This document shows positions 26,460 to 37,723 of a DNA stretch of 64,000 bases, piece after piece; position 1 is the first letter of the stretch, and each line of letters starts with the position of its first letter. Origin of the DNA: an uncultured Bacteroidia bacterium (GTDB lineage Bacteria > Bacteroidota > Bacteroidia > Palsa-948); the NCBI GenBank assembly GCA_964481195.1, contig CAYZTB010000005.1, positions 10,138-74,137 of the forward strand. The letters are read 5' to 3'. The notes below the pieces were generated by a model. It did not search any database, was not told the origin of the DNA, and was given only the letters and a program-made list of their open reading frames with translations. Position numbers and translations under genes: made by a program.

Positions 26460-28259
26460 TTACTTCTTATCGTTACGCTTTCTTTCGTTCTCGTCAAGAA
26501 CAATTTTTCTCATACGAATATGCTTGGGCGTGATTTCCACCAGCTCGTCCTTTTGAATATATTCCATGGCTTCCTCAAGCGAAAATTTAATTTTAGGAGC
26601 AATGCGCATTTTATCCTCACTGCCTGTTGCACGCATATTAGTTAGCTTTTTTTCTGTGCAAATGTTAATAGTAAGATCATCTGGTCGAATGTGTTCGCCA
26701 ATAACTTGACCGGAATAAATTTCATCTCCTGGCTCTACAAAATATTTTCCTCTGTCTTGTAAACGATCGATCGAATAAGCAATAGCTGGACCTTTTTCTT
26801 TTGAAATTAATACACCTGATATTCTACCTGGAATATTTCCTTTCCAAGGCTCAAAACCTTTAAAACGGTGAGCCATAATTGCCTGTCCTGCTGTTGCTGT
26901 TAAAACGGCATTTCTCAAGCCAATTAATCCTCTTGCAGGAATATCAAACTCAAGTCTTGTTAAATCACCTTTAGGCTCCATGGAAAGCATTTCGCCTTTG
27001 CGCTGCGATACAAACTCAATAACTTTTCCTGAGTAATCTTGCGGAACATCAACAGTAAGCACCTCAATAGGTTCGTTCTTAGCTCCATCAATTTCTTTTA
27101 TGATTACTTGTGGTTGACCAATTTGCAATTCATATCCTTCTCTTCTCATGGTTTCAATAAGAATTGCTAGATGAAGAATTCCTCTTCCAAATACCATATA
27201 TGCATCTGGCGAGTTGGTAGGCTCTACACGTAATGCAAGATTTTTCTCTAACTCTTTATCCAGCCTTTCTTTTAAATGTCTGGAGGTTACAAATTTCCCG
27301 TCTTTACCAAAAAATGGAGAGGTATTAATTGTAAACAACATACTCATAGTAGGCTCATCAATTGCAATTGGCTTTAGGCCTTCTGGATTGTCAAAATCTG
27401 CAATGGTATCTCCAATATCAAAACCTTCAATTCCGGTTACTGCACAAATATCGCCTGACTTAACTACGGTTTCTTTTTTCTTTGCTAATCCATCAAAAGA
27501 AAACACTTCTCTAATTCTTGACTTTACAATTTTACCATCTCGTTTAACTAACGAGAAAGGCATATTCTCTTTTATTTCTCCTCTAAAAACTCTACCAACA
27601 GCAATACGACCAATAAAGGAAGAATAATCCAAAGAGGTAATTTGCATTTGCGGAGTTCCTTCACGAGATGGAGCAGAAGGAATGTGTTCAATAATTGCAT
27701 CTAATAATGGGAGAATATCAGTAGTAGCATCTTTCCAATCCGTACTCATCCACCCTTGCTTAGAAGACCCATAGATAGTAGGAAAATTAAGTTGCTCTTC
27801 GGTAGCGCCAAGGTTAAAAAAAAGTTCGAATACACCATCGTGCACTTCGTCTGGTCTGCAATTTGGTTTATCAACTTTATTGATTACAACAATTGCTTTA
27901 AGTCCATGTGATAATGCTTTTTGTAGCACGAAACGTGTTTGAGGCATAGGTCCTTCAAAAGCATCTACTAACAACAATACTCCATCAGCCATATTTAATA
28001 CACGCTCCACCTCTCCACCAAAATCTGCGTGACCGGGAGTGTCAATAATATTAATCTTAGTGTCTTTGTATTTTACCGAAACGTTCTTTGCTAGAATAGT
28101 GATTCCACGCTCTCTTTCTAAATCGTTGTTATCTAGAATAAGCTCTCCGGTTTCTTGGTTTTCTCTAAAAAGCTGACACTGATGTAAGATTTTATCAACC
28201 AAAGTTGTTTTGCCATGGTCAACGTGTGCAATAATGGCGATGTTTCTGATTTTTTGCAT
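26460..28259 (-). CDS. typA: Translational GTPase TypA/BipA
   Basis: IRNIAIIAHVDHGKTTLVD G1 motif, DTPGHADF, NKVD, and a 599-aa length. Confidence 0.9.
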   Translation of the reverse strand: MQKIRNIAIIAHVDHGKTTLVDKILHQCQLFRENQETGELILDNNDLERERGITILAKNVSVKYKDTKINIIDTPGHADFGGEVERVLNMADGVLLLVDAFEGPMPQTRFVLQKALSHGLKAIVVINKVDKPNCRPDEVHDGVFELFFNLGATEEQLNFPTIYGSSKQGWMSTDWKDATTDILPLLDAIIEHIPSAPSREGTPQMQITSLDYSSFIGRIAVGRVFRGEIKENMPFSLVKRDGKIVKSRIREVFSFDGLAKKKETVVKSGDICAVTGIEGFDIGDTIADFDNPEGLKPIAIDEPTMSMLFTINTSPFFGKDGKFVTSRHLKERLDKELEKNLALRVEPTNSPDAYMVFGRGILHLAILIETMRREGYELQIGQPQVIIKEIDGAKNEPIEVLTVDVPQDYSGKVIEFVSQRKGEMLSMEPKGDLTRLEFDIPARGLIGLRNAVLTATAGQAIMAHRFKGFEPWKGNIPGRISGVLISKEKGPAIAYSIDRLQDRGKYFVEPGDEIYSGQVIGEHIRPDDLTINICTEKKLTNMRATGSEDKMRIAPKIKFSLEEAMEYIQKDELVEITPKHIRMRKIVLDENERKRNDKK

Positions 28260-28363
28260 ATAAATTATACCTATAAATTTTGAGGCGCGAAGGTAGTCAA
28301 ATCGGGCTTACGACAATAGTTATTATTAAGCACTTAAAATATAGGCTTCAAGTTTTCTTTAAA

Positions 28364-28374
28364 GGGGGGGGGGG
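28364..28374. repeat. Homopolymeric G tract (11 G) in the divergent typA/lpxK promoter region
   Basis: Read directly from the sequence. It lies 105 nt upstream of the typA start and 91 nt upstream of the lpxK start. Confidence 0.9.
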
Positions 28375-28465
28375 TCCATAACAAAGCCAATATTAAAAGC
28401 ATCCAGTATCATGATAATTAAACTGATAGCAACACCCTTCGGGATACTATTCGTATTTTTATAAA

Positions 28466-29554
28466 ATGGAATTCTTGAAACTTTTTTTATTCCCTTTTGC
28501 ATTTATTTACGGGTTGGCTGTTTTTGTTCGCAATTGGCTGTATGACAGCGGCATTCTACCTTCAAAAGAATTTAGCAATTCAGTGATTTCTATTGGAAAT
28601 CTTTCTGCCGGAGGTACCGGAAAATCACCTATGACAGAATACCTTGTTCGATTAATTAAAAGCAAATACACAGTTGCTACGCTGAGCCGAGGATATAAAA
28701 GACAGACCAGCGGATTCATCATTGCTGATGCCAATTCTACTTCTAATCAGATAGGCGATGAGCCTCTCCAGTTCAAAAAAAAATTCCCTGATACTATTAT
28801 TTCGGTCGATGAAAACAGAAGACATGGAATTCAAAAGCTCCTACAAGCACATCCGGAGTTAGAGGTAATTCTACTGGACGATGCTTTTCAACACAGAAGA
28901 ATAAAACCTGGCATAAGCATTTTATTATCCGACTATGGTAAAATGTTTTACGATGATTATTTACTGCCTGTTGGTACGCTGCGCGAATGGCGTTCAGGTA
29001 AAAAAAGGGCCGATATTATTTTAGTCACAAAGTGTCCTGCAAATTTAACGCCTGTGGAAAAAAGAATTATTCTTAAAAAAATAAATCCCGACCCTCATCA
29101 ACACATCTACTATTCACACATTCGCTACGGTAATCCTATTGTTGTTTTCCCAGCCACTAGGCCACTTTTACTAAACGAAAAAGCAGAAAAAGATGAGACT
29201 GCTATTTTGCTAACTGGAATATCTAATCCAAGACCTTTGGAAGATTATTTGCTAAAGAAAAAAATAAATATTGTGTCTCTAACCTATCCCGATCACCACC
29301 AATATACGCTTGTTGACGCTAACGGGCTGATAGAAAAGTTTAACTCAATTACTAGCTCCAAGAAGTATATTATTACAACCGAGAAAGATGCAATGCGGCT
29401 AGACAAATTAGGCTTAATAGAAATATTAAATAAATTACCTATCTATTACATTCCTATAGAAACAGATTTTAATGAAAAAGAAAAAATAGATTTTGAAAAA
29501 TTAATTATCGACTATGTCCTTAGAACAAATCAAAAAAACAGCAGCATTCATTAA
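28466..29554 (+). CDS. lpxK: Tetraacyldisaccharide 4'-kinase
   Basis: SIGNLSAGGTGKSPMTEYL P-loop, and an N-terminal membrane anchor. Confidence 0.85.
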   Translation: MEFLKLFLFPFAFIYGLAVFVRNWLYDSGILPSKEFSNSVISIGNLSAGGTGKSPMTEYLVRLIKSKYTVATLSRGYKRQTSGFIIADANSTSNQIGDEPLQFKKKFPDTIISVDENRRHGIQKLLQAHPELEVILLDDAFQHRRIKPGISILLSDYGKMFYDDYLLPVGTLREWRSGKKRADIILVTKCPANLTPVEKRIILKKINPDPHQHIYYSHIRYGNPIVVFPATRPLLLNEKAEKDETAILLTGISNPRPLEDYLLKKKINIVSLTYPDHHQYTLVDANGLIEKFNSITSSKKYIITTEKDAMRLDKLGLIEILNKLPIYYIPIETDFNEKEKIDFEKLIIDYVLRTNQKNSSIH

Positions 29555-30326
29555 GGATAAAGTAACCTTTAGTCCAGAAGTAGGAATTGTTTTAGGAACT
29601 GGGCTTGGAGCACTTGCAAAAGAAATCGAAGTTCAACATACTATTCCTTACGAAGAAATTCCTTCCATGCCACTTTCTACGGTAGAAGGTCATTCTGGGA
29701 AATTATTATTTGGCATTTTAGGAGGGAAAAAGGTGATGGCTATGCAAGGCAGGTTTCATTTCTACGAAGGCTATACGATGGAGCAAGTTGTGTTTCCAAT
29801 TCGAGTAATGAAGCAACTGGGCATTCAAACACTGTTGGTTTCTAATGCAAGTGGAGGGGTTAATCCGGATTTCGAAATAGGCGACTTGATGATAATTACC
29901 GATCATATAAATTTAATGCCAAACCCTTTAATTGGAAAAAATGAAGAACAACTTGGAGTGCGCTTTCCGGATATGAGTGAAGCCTATGATAAATCATTGA
30001 TTCAAAAAGCAATTAACATTGCTACAAAACACAAAATACCCGTTCAACAGGGCGTATATATTGGGTTAACAGGTCCAACACTTGAAACTCCTGCCGAATA
30101 CAAATACATGCGTGCCATTGGCGGAGATACCGTAGGAATGAGCACTACATCTGAAGTAATTGCTGCTGTACATATGGGAATTCCAGTTTTTGCAATGAGT
30201 ATTATTACTGATCTTGGTGTTGAGGGTAAAATTAAAAAGGTGACTTTAAATGATATTTTAAGAACCGCTGAAAAATCAGAGCCAAAGATGACGGTTATAA
30301 TGAAAGAGCTACTAAAGGCGCTGTAA
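29514..30326 (+). CDS. Purine nucleoside phosphorylase (trimeric PNP/PunA-type)
   Basis: GIVLGTGLG...VEGHSGKLLFG...MQGRFHFYEGY...VSNASGGVN. It overlaps the lpxK 3' end by 41 nt. Confidence 0.85.
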   Translation: MSLEQIKKTAAFIKDKVTFSPEVGIVLGTGLGALAKEIEVQHTIPYEEIPSMPLSTVEGHSGKLLFGILGGKKVMAMQGRFHFYEGYTMEQVVFPIRVMKQLGIQTLLVSNASGGVNPDFEIGDLMIITDHINLMPNPLIGKNEEQLGVRFPDMSEAYDKSLIQKAINIATKHKIPVQQGVYIGLTGPTLETPAEYKYMRAIGGDTVGMSTTSEVIAAVHMGIPVFAMSIITDLGVEGKIKKVTLNDILRTAEKSEPKMTVIMKELLKAL

Positions 30327-30455
30327 AATCACTTCGACTTATCTCTGATATAATTCAAATTTTATAACATAAATTAACACTCATAAATTTGTCTGTTATT
30401 TATATTATTGTACTTTCGAAACCTCTTACTATTTAACACTTTTAGTTAACCAGCA

Positions 30456-31901
30456 ATGAAATATCGTTTAGCATTCATTTCATTTTTAAGCCTTTTTCTA
30501 TTTAATAAATCCGGCTCCGCCCAATATGCTTCTCAAGGCATTAGCCTTCTTTCTAAGTGGGATACGGTTGTTACTATTGCAGAACCAATTTACAGAATAC
30601 GTTACAATAGCGTTTGGGGTTGGGTAAATCCTACAGATAGTATAGAGTACGCCATTTTAGGTTCTTCCGATGGTACTTATTTTTTAAATCTGAGCAACCC
30701 TGTAAACCCCGTATTAAGTGATTATGTAAAAGGTAGGAGAGATTCTTGCATTTGGCGCGAATACAAAACGTACCAAAATTATTTATACACCGTGAGCGAT
30801 GATCAGGTTAATTCCTATAATCAAAACTCTTTACAAATAATTGACCTTAGCTATCTTCCTGATTCAGTTCATGTAGTGTATGACACAGATACACTTTTTG
30901 CGCGAGCTCACACACTTTATATAGAAGGAGACAAAATGTATTGCGGATATGTACATTCTACAACAGTAGCATTTTCAATGGCCGTATATAGCCTTACCAA
31001 TCCAGTTGCCCCAAAATATTTACGCGACTTAAATTCAGATTACCCATCCATTGGCACCGTACATGATATGTTTGTTAAAAACGATACAGTATACGCCTCT
31101 TGCGGATACGATGGATTACATATTTATAAATTCAACTCCAATAATAAGTTTACAGAAATTGGCTCCCTAACTAATTATGCAAATTTTGGTCAAGGATATA
31201 ATCATAGCAGCTACCTAACTGCAGATAGAAAAACATTAATTTTTGCAGATGAGGTTCCGGTAAATTTAGCTGTGAAGTCTCTGGATGTTTCCAATTTTGG
31301 AAACATTGCAATCGTAGATACCTTTCGTTCAACTCCTACAACTATTGCTACCCCACACAATGTATATATTCCGGAGGGAAGTAACTCTAGAGTTGTGGTT
31401 GCCTATTATCAAGATGGGGTACAAGTATTCGACATCAGTAATCCATCCAATGTAACTCGCACAGGTTTTTTTGATACGGCTCCGTTAAATTGCCCCACCT
31501 GCCCTAACCCAAACTATTCTGGCTGCTGGGGTGCTTATATTGATCTTCCTAGCGGAATCATGCTAGCAAGCGATATGCAAAATGGACTGTTTGTTTTAAA
31601 ATCTACGGGTGCGCTAGGGGTGAATGAATCAATAATAAACTCTCCTGTAACTATTGAAATATTTCCAAATCCATCTACTACAGATTTTAATGTTTCAATT
31701 TCATTAAAAACCCCAGAAAATATATTAATGACTTTAACAGATATGAATGGTAAAATAATATTAAACAATAACTATTCGTTTCAAAAAGGAAATTCTATCA
31801 TTATTATTAGCAGCTTAAATTTAAGTACTGGTATTTACTCTCTTACTGCGAAAGGAGAAAATTTCTCATTCACTAAAAAATTAATAAAACCAAACAAATA
31901 A
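30456..31901 (+). CDS. LVIVD-repeat beta-propeller (choice-of-anchor B-like) protein with a T9SS type-A C-terminal sorting domain
   Basis: Signal peptide. LVIVD-like repeats (LYIEGDKMYCGY, GLHIYKF, GVQVFDISNP). The C-terminus IEIFPNPSTTDFNVSI...GIYSLTAKGENFSFTKKLIK is a Por secretion tail. Confidence 0.55.
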   Translation: MKYRLAFISFLSLFLFNKSGSAQYASQGISLLSKWDTVVTIAEPIYRIRYNSVWGWVNPTDSIEYAILGSSDGTYFLNLSNPVNPVLSDYVKGRRDSCIWREYKTYQNYLYTVSDDQVNSYNQNSLQIIDLSYLPDSVHVVYDTDTLFARAHTLYIEGDKMYCGYVHSTTVAFSMAVYSLTNPVAPKYLRDLNSDYPSIGTVHDMFVKNDTVYASCGYDGLHIYKFNSNNKFTEIGSLTNYANFGQGYNHSSYLTADRKTLIFADEVPVNLAVKSLDVSNFGNIAIVDTFRSTPTTIATPHNVYIPEGSNSRVVVAYYQDGVQVFDISNPSNVTRTGFFDTAPLNCPTCPNPNYSGCWGAYIDLPSGIMLASDMQNGLFVLKSTGALGVNESIINSPVTIEIFPNPSTTDFNVSISLKTPENILMTLTDMNGKIILNNNYSFQKGNSIIIISSLNLSTGIYSLTAKGENFSFTKKLIKPNK

Positions 31902-31906
31902 ATCAC

Positions 31907-34771
31907 ATGAATTCAAAGTCAATCTTAACAGCAACGGTTGCAGCAATTTCATTATCATTTGCTACAACCCTATCTTTCTCCCAGCAAACTACACCTGGCG
32001 GATCTAAAATGATAGAAAAAATTACAAAAAAGCCGGGAGAACTTCTTATTCCATATGAGAAGTGGCTAATGGCTAACGGACTAACAATTGTTATTCATGA
32101 AGACCACTCAGATCCTATCGTTTATACAGATGTTACTTACCACGTAGGTTCAAACCGCGAACAAGTTGGAAGATCTGGGTTTGCACACTTTTTTGAACAC
32201 ATGATGTTTCAAGGCTCTGATAACGTTGCGGACGAAGAACATTTTAAAACAGTTTCTGAAGCCGGTGGGACACTAAACGGATCTACAAACTTTGATAGAA
32301 CAAATTATTTTGAAACAGCACCATCAAATTATTTAGAAAGAATGCTTTGGCTTGAAGCAGATCGCATGGGCTTTTTATTAGATGCCGTTACTCAACCAAA
32401 ATTTGAAGTACAACGCGCAACTGTAAAAAATGAAAGAGGACAGAATTACGATAACCGTCCGTATGGTTTAGTATTTGAAAAAACCTTAGAGGCTTTATAC
32501 CCTTATGGCCACCCCTACTCTTGGTCTACCATTGGATATTTGGAAGATTTAGATCGTGTAGATGTTGGAGATTTAAAAAGATTCTTCATGCGTTGGTACG
32601 GACCAAACAATGCAACACTTACTGTTGCCGGAGATGTAAAACCAGCCGATGTAGTTAAGCTGGCAGAAAAATATTTTGGCCCTATTCCTAGGGGTCCAGA
32701 AGTAAAAAATCTTGCCAAGCAAAATCCTGTTTTAGACAAAGACAGATACATTTCGTACGAAGACAACATTCGTTTTCCGATGCTAAGCATTACCTACCCT
32801 ACTGTCCCAGCCTACGATAAAGATGAAGCTGCAATAGATGTATTATGCTCCATCCTTGCTGAAGATAAAAATTCAATTTTTTATCAAAACTTTGTAAAAA
32901 AACAAGTTGCTTACGATGCAAGTGTTAGCAATTACTCTGCTGAAGTTGCCGGAATGCTATTCGTTTCTGTACGTGCCATGCCAGGAAAAACGCTGCCTCA
33001 AATGGACTCGTTGGTTCGTGCATCGTTTGTTGAATTCGAAAAGAGAGGAGTAAAAGATGAGGACCTAAAAAAGTACAAGGCAAACTACGAATCTAACACT
33101 GTAAATTCTTTAAGCAGCGTACGCGGGAAAGGGTCAAGCTTGGCTGCTTATCAAACTTATACCAACAACCCTAATCAAATGAAAGTTGATTGGGACAGGT
33201 ATATGAAAGTTTCAAAAGAAGATGTGATGCGAGTTTATAACCAATACATCAAAAACAAACATGCTGTATATTTAAGTGTAGTAGCTAAAGGAAAATCATC
33301 AGAAGTTGCTAAGCCAAATAATTTTGAAATTCCAAAACGAAATCCAGAAGACGGAAAAGAAAGTGCGGAGTACAAAAACCTTTCTTACAACAAAGCTAAA
33401 GATACTTTTGACCGAAGTAAAAAACCTGCAGGTGGACCTAACCCGGTTGTAAAGGTTCCCGACTATTGGACAGAGAATTTCCCTAATGGAATGAAAGCAA
33501 TTGGGATGAAGAGCGATGAAATTCCTACTGTGAATATTTCAATTACCATAGAAGGCGGTCATCGCACGGATGCCTTAGCAAAAACTGGGTTAGCAAATTT
33601 AACATCCAGCATGATGAATGAGGACACTGAAAATTATACTGCCGAACAAATTAGCGAAATGCTTAATTCCATTGGCAGCAGTGTTAGCATTTATACAGGA
33701 GAAGAAGATATCACTATGAATATCTCTTCCTTAACCAAAAACTTAGATGCTACACTTAAAATTGCGCAAGAGATGCTCTTCAAACCAAAATTTGAAAAAG
33801 CTGATTTTGACAGACTAAAAGAAGAGCAAATTCAAACGATTGACAATCAAGCTACTCAACCTAGAGTGATTGCCAGCAATGTGTATAGCAAGCTTCTTTA
33901 TGGAAATGGACATATTCTTTCCACTCCATTAATAGGAAACAAAAAATCTGTTGAGTCTATTACTTTGGATGACGTTAAAAATTTCTACAAAACATATTTT
34001 TCCCCATCCATTTCCAAAGTGGTTATTGTGGGCGATGTTAGCAAAGAGTCTATACTTCCTAAGTTAGATTTCTTGAAGACTTGGCCTGCAAAAGAAGTTA
34101 CATTGACAAATCAACCACCTACTCCTGCAATAAATAAAACTAAAATTTATTTTATCAATAAAGATAAAGCGCCACAATCTGAGGTTCGTATTGGGTATAT
34201 GTCTACCATGCCGTATGATGCAACTGGAGAATATTTCAAAACATCATTAACTAATTTTGTACTTGGTGGGGCTTTCAATAGCCGTATAAATATTAACCTT
34301 CGTGAGACCAAGGGCTGGACGTATGGAGCACGTAGTGGTTTCCGTAGCAGCAAATATGCAGGACCATTTACAGCAAGCGGAGGAATAAAAGGCGAAGCTA
34401 CAGATAGCTCTATAGTAGAATTTATGAAGGAAATAAAAACCTATGCCGAGTCGGGCATTAAAGACGATGAGTTATCATTCATGAAGAACTCTATTGGACA
34501 ACAAGATGCGCTTAAATATGAAACCGCAGGACAAAAAGCAGGTTTCATAGAGCGCATTTTAGATTACAACCTTTCTAAAGACTTTGTTGACAAACAACAA
34601 GAAATAATAAAAGGAATAACTACTCAAGAGGTAAATGCTTTGGCAAAAAAACATTATCCATACAATAATATGTCAATTGTAATTGTAGGAGATAAAGCCA
34701 AACTCTTTGAACGAGTTAAGGGCCTTGGCTATGAGGTAGTAGAATTAGATGCTGACGGAAATCAACTTTAA
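31907..34771 (+). CDS. M16 (pitrilysin/insulinase) family zinc peptidase, fused active plus inactive halves, secreted
   Basis: Signal peptide, HFFEHMMFQGS inverted zincin motif, 954 aa. Confidence 0.85.
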   Translation: MNSKSILTATVAAISLSFATTLSFSQQTTPGGSKMIEKITKKPGELLIPYEKWLMANGLTIVIHEDHSDPIVYTDVTYHVGSNREQVGRSGFAHFFEHMMFQGSDNVADEEHFKTVSEAGGTLNGSTNFDRTNYFETAPSNYLERMLWLEADRMGFLLDAVTQPKFEVQRATVKNERGQNYDNRPYGLVFEKTLEALYPYGHPYSWSTIGYLEDLDRVDVGDLKRFFMRWYGPNNATLTVAGDVKPADVVKLAEKYFGPIPRGPEVKNLAKQNPVLDKDRYISYEDNIRFPMLSITYPTVPAYDKDEAAIDVLCSILAEDKNSIFYQNFVKKQVAYDASVSNYSAEVAGMLFVSVRAMPGKTLPQMDSLVRASFVEFEKRGVKDEDLKKYKANYESNTVNSLSSVRGKGSSLAAYQTYTNNPNQMKVDWDRYMKVSKEDVMRVYNQYIKNKHAVYLSVVAKGKSSEVAKPNNFEIPKRNPEDGKESAEYKNLSYNKAKDTFDRSKKPAGGPNPVVKVPDYWTENFPNGMKAIGMKSDEIPTVNISITIEGGHRTDALAKTGLANLTSSMMNEDTENYTAEQISEMLNSIGSSVSIYTGEEDITMNISSLTKNLDATLKIAQEMLFKPKFEKADFDRLKEEQIQTIDNQATQPRVIASNVYSKLLYGNGHILSTPLIGNKKSVESITLDDVKNFYKTYFSPSISKVVIVGDVSKESILPKLDFLKTWPAKEVTLTNQPPTPAINKTKIYFINKDKAPQSEVRIGYMSTMPYDATGEYFKTSLTNFVLGGAFNSRININLRETKGWTYGARSGFRSSKYAGPFTASGGIKGEATDSSIVEFMKEIKTYAESGIKDDELSFMKNSIGQQDALKYETAGQKAGFIERILDYNLSKDFVDKQQEIIKGITTQEVNALAKKHYPYNNMSIVIVGDKAKLFERVKGLGYEVVELDADGNQL

Positions 34772-34789
34772 AATTAATTTTGTGTGGTT

Positions 34790-34826
34790 AAAAAAAAGCA
34801 GTAGGAAAAAACCTACTGCTTTTTTC
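34790..34826. terminator. Bidirectional rho-independent terminator overlapping the tadA stop codon
   Basis: Stem GCAGTAGG/CCTACTGC (34798-34805/34812-34819), A-run upstream, T-run downstream. Confidence 0.6.
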
Positions 34827-35280
34827 TTTTAGATCGAAAAAAATCTTGCATTAGCGCTGCACACTCTTCTGCCAAAACACCCGAAATTATTTTAGTTTTA
34901 GGATGAATAATACTAGGATTTAGTGTAGAGTAACCTCTTTTATCATCCTTTGCACCATAAACTATCTTTCCCAACTGTGTCCAAAATCCAGCACCGGCAC
35001 ACATCGCGCAAGGCTCCAAAGTAACATAGAGAGTACATTCATTTAAATACTTCCCTCCTAAATAGGACGATGCTGAAGTAAAAGCTTGCATCTCTGCGTG
35101 AGCAGTAGCGTCAGTTAGCCTTTCAGATAGGTTATGAGCACGCGCGATAATCTTTCCTGCACAAACTACCACAGCACCAACAGGCACTTCATCTGCATCA
35201 AAAGCCTTTCGAGCCTCTTTCAAAGCTTCTTGCATAAAAAATACAACTTCATTATTCTCCATATCAATACGAATGTACAA
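34813..35280 (-). CDS. tadA: tRNA adenosine(34) deaminase
   Basis: HAEMQAF and PCAMCAGA CDA zinc motifs. Confidence 0.9.
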   Translation of the reverse strand: MYIRIDMENNEVVFFMQEALKEARKAFDADEVPVGAVVVCAGKIIARAHNLSERLTDATAHAEMQAFTSASSYLGGKYLNECTLYVTLEPCAMCAGAGFWTQLGKIVYGAKDDKRGYSTLNPSIIHPKTKIISGVLAEECAALMQDFFRSKRKKQ

Positions 35281-35330
35281 ATATCATGTACCCAAAATGA
35301 CAATGAATATTCACATAAGCGTATTTTTGC

Positions 35331-35786
35331 ATGATGGAAATTCAATGGTCTTGTAAAGAATTTAGCAATCTTACAAAGGAAGAACTATGTGAGATTTTTC
35401 ACTTAAGAATAGCAGTATTTATTATTGAGCAAAATTGTCCCTATCAAGATGTGGATGGGAAGGATCTAAAATCGCTTCATGTGCAAGGCAGGTTAAATGG
35501 TAAATTAGTTGCATACACTAGAATTGTATTACCCGGAGTTTCTTATAAGGAAATATCCATAGGCCGGGTTCTAACATCCATCGATGTTAGAAGGAATGGC
35601 ACTGGCAAGGTTTTAATGAATAAATCAATGGAGTACATTAAAGAAAAATTTGGAGCACAGCCCATTCGCATAGGCGCACAAGAATATTTGAAGAAATTTT
35701 ATAAGAGTTTTGGCTTTATTAAGGAAGGTGATGGCTATTTGGAAGATGGAATTCCTCACATCATTATGCTTTATTCGCCAAAGTAA
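35331..35786 (+). CDS. GNAT-family N-acetyltransferase
   Basis: GNAT motif-A-like RRNGTGKVLM; size is right for the family. Confidence 0.65.
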   Translation: MMEIQWSCKEFSNLTKEELCEIFHLRIAVFIIEQNCPYQDVDGKDLKSLHVQGRLNGKLVAYTRIVLPGVSYKEISIGRVLTSIDVRRNGTGKVLMNKSMEYIKEKFGAQPIRIGAQEYLKKFYKSFGFIKEGDGYLEDGIPHIIMLYSPK

Positions 35787-35851
35787 AATTCTCTGCACTA
35801 AGTCTATAACTCACTAAAGCATTTTCTTACCTTCGCTCAACAAAAAAAATC

Positions 35852-37600
35852 ATGTTACGGACTCATACCTGTGGTGAATTAACCACAAAAAATATTGGAA
35901 ATTCTGTTACGCTTTGCGGATGGATGGCACGCTCACGCGACCTAGGTGGAATGACTTTCATTGATTTACGTGATAGATATGGAATTACTCAGTTGGTATT
36001 TAATATGGAAACCAACAAAGAGCTTTGCGAACAAGCCAGGAAATTAGGCAGGGAGTTTGTTTTAAAAGTTGGAGGAAAAGTTGCTGAACGAAGCAGCAAA
36101 AATTTAAAAATTAGCACTGGAGAAATCGAAATTATTGTAGCTAATTTAGAGATTCTAAATAAGTCCGAAACCCCACCTTTTACCATTGAAGATGACACCG
36201 ATGGCGGTGACGAGTTGCGAATGAAATACCGCTATTTGGATTTAAGGAGAAATTCTGTAAAGCAAAATTTATTGCAGCGCCATAAAGTAGGCCAAGCCGT
36301 AAGAGAATATTTTGACGCACAAGGCTTTGCAGATGTTGAAACACCTTTTTTAATAAAATCTACCCCTGAAGGTGCAAGAGATTTTGTTGTCCCTTCCAGG
36401 TTAAATCCTGGAGAATTTTATGCGCTACCTCAATCTCCTCAAACCTTTAAGCAGCTGCTAATGGTTTCTGGCTTTGATAGATATTATCAAATTGTTAGAT
36501 GTTTTAGAGATGAAGATTTACGAGCAGACAGACAACCAGAGTTTACGCAGATAGATTGTGAAATGAGTTTTGTAGAGCAAGAAGATGTCATGTCCATGTT
36601 TGAAGGTATGGTAAAGCATGTATTTAAAAAAGTACGGGGATTAGAACTTCCTACATTTTCCAGGATGACCTATGCCAATGCGATGAAATATTATGGCATT
36701 GACAAGCCAGATATTCGTTTTGAAATGAAAATTTCTGAGTTGAACGATGTTGTGAAAGGAAAAAAATTCAAGGTTTACGATGATGCTGAATTAATAGGTG
36801 GCATTTGCGCTAAAGGTTGTTCTGAATATACCCGCAAGCAGCTTGATGAACTTACTGAATGGGTGAAACGCCCTCAAATAGGAGCTGGCGGTTTAGGGTA
36901 CATTAAATACAATTCGGATGGAACTTTAAAATCATCCTTTGATAAATTTTTTGATGAGCCATCACTAAAAATAATAGCAGAAAAATTTTCGGCAGTTTCT
37001 GGAGATTTAATCTTGGTTCTTGCAGGAGCAGAAACAAAAACTCGCAAAGCACTAGGTGAATTACGTCTTGAGATGGGAAATAAATTAGGGCTTCGCGATA
37101 AAAATAAATTTGAATGCCTTTGGGTGCTTGACTTTCCGTTGCTTGAGTGGAACGAAGATGAAAAACGATGGTTCGCTATGCATCATCCATTTACATCGCC
37201 ACATAAAGACGATATTGGCTTGTTTAACTCCTTACCAGCTGGCAAGATTTCTCCTCGAGCAAATGCCTATGATGTAGTAATTAATGGTGTTGAAGTTGGT
37301 GGAGGCTCCATCCGAATTCATAATAAAGAGATGCAGCAGCAAATGTTTAAAGTGTTGGGGCTATCTAAGGAGGAAACGGAGCAAAAATTCAGTTTTATAC
37401 TTAATGCTTTTGAGTACGGAGCTCCTCCTCATGGAGGTATAGCTTTTGGCTTTGACCGCTTAAGCTCCATGGTTATTAATAATGAAGATTACATACGAGA
37501 TTACATAGCCTTTCCTAAGAATAATTCAGGGCGCGATGTGATGCTTGACTCTCCTTCTGCCATAGATGATTTACAGAAAAAAGAGTTGGGGTTGAAATAA
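35852..37600 (+). CDS. aspS: Aspartate--tRNA ligase
   Basis: N-terminal OB anticodon-binding fold, class II motifs ([18 protein letters not shown]; GGGSIRIH), 582 aa. Confidence 0.95.
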   Translation: MLRTHTCGELTTKNIGNSVTLCGWMARSRDLGGMTFIDLRDRYGITQLVFNMETNKELCEQARKLGREFVLKVGGKVAERSSKNLKISTGEIEIIVANLEILNKSETPPFTIEDDTDGGDELRMKYRYLDLRRNSVKQNLLQRHKVGQAVREYFDAQGFADVETPFLIKSTPEGARDFVVPSRLNPGEFYALPQSPQTFKQLLMVSGFDRYYQIVRCFRDEDLRADRQPEFTQIDCEMSFVEQEDVMSMFEGMVKHVFKKVRGLELPTFSRMTYANAMKYYGIDKPDIRFEMKISELNDVVKGKKFKVYDDAELIGGICAKGCSEYTRKQLDELTEWVKRPQIGAGGLGYIKYNSDGTLKSSFDKFFDEPSLKIIAEKFSAVSGDLILVLAGAETKTRKALGELRLEMGNKLGLRDKNKFECLWVLDFPLLEWNEDEKRWFAMHHPFTSPHKDDIGLFNSLPAGKISPRANAYDVVINGVEVGGGSIRIHNKEMQQQMFKVLGLSKEETEQKFSFILNAFEYGAPPHGGIAFGFDRLSSMVINNEDYIRDYIAFPKNNSGRDVMLDSPSAIDDLQKKELGLK

Positions 37601-37723
37601 TTCCCTTACTCACTTTAGGTACCCTATAAATATTGCTTATAGCACAATATTCTTCATAAATTCGTGTTTAGTTTTTGGGCTAATTAACCTGAAACTTGTA
37701 ACTTTAAACCTGAAAAAAAATTT

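Noticed and set aside
37601-37723. Possible cis-regulatory RNA upstream of glmS (a glmS-ribozyme-like element)
   Set aside because: No conserved ribozyme core is recognisable. Only a short direct repeat AACCTGAAA occurs twice. The glmS ribozyme is not expected in Bacteroidota.
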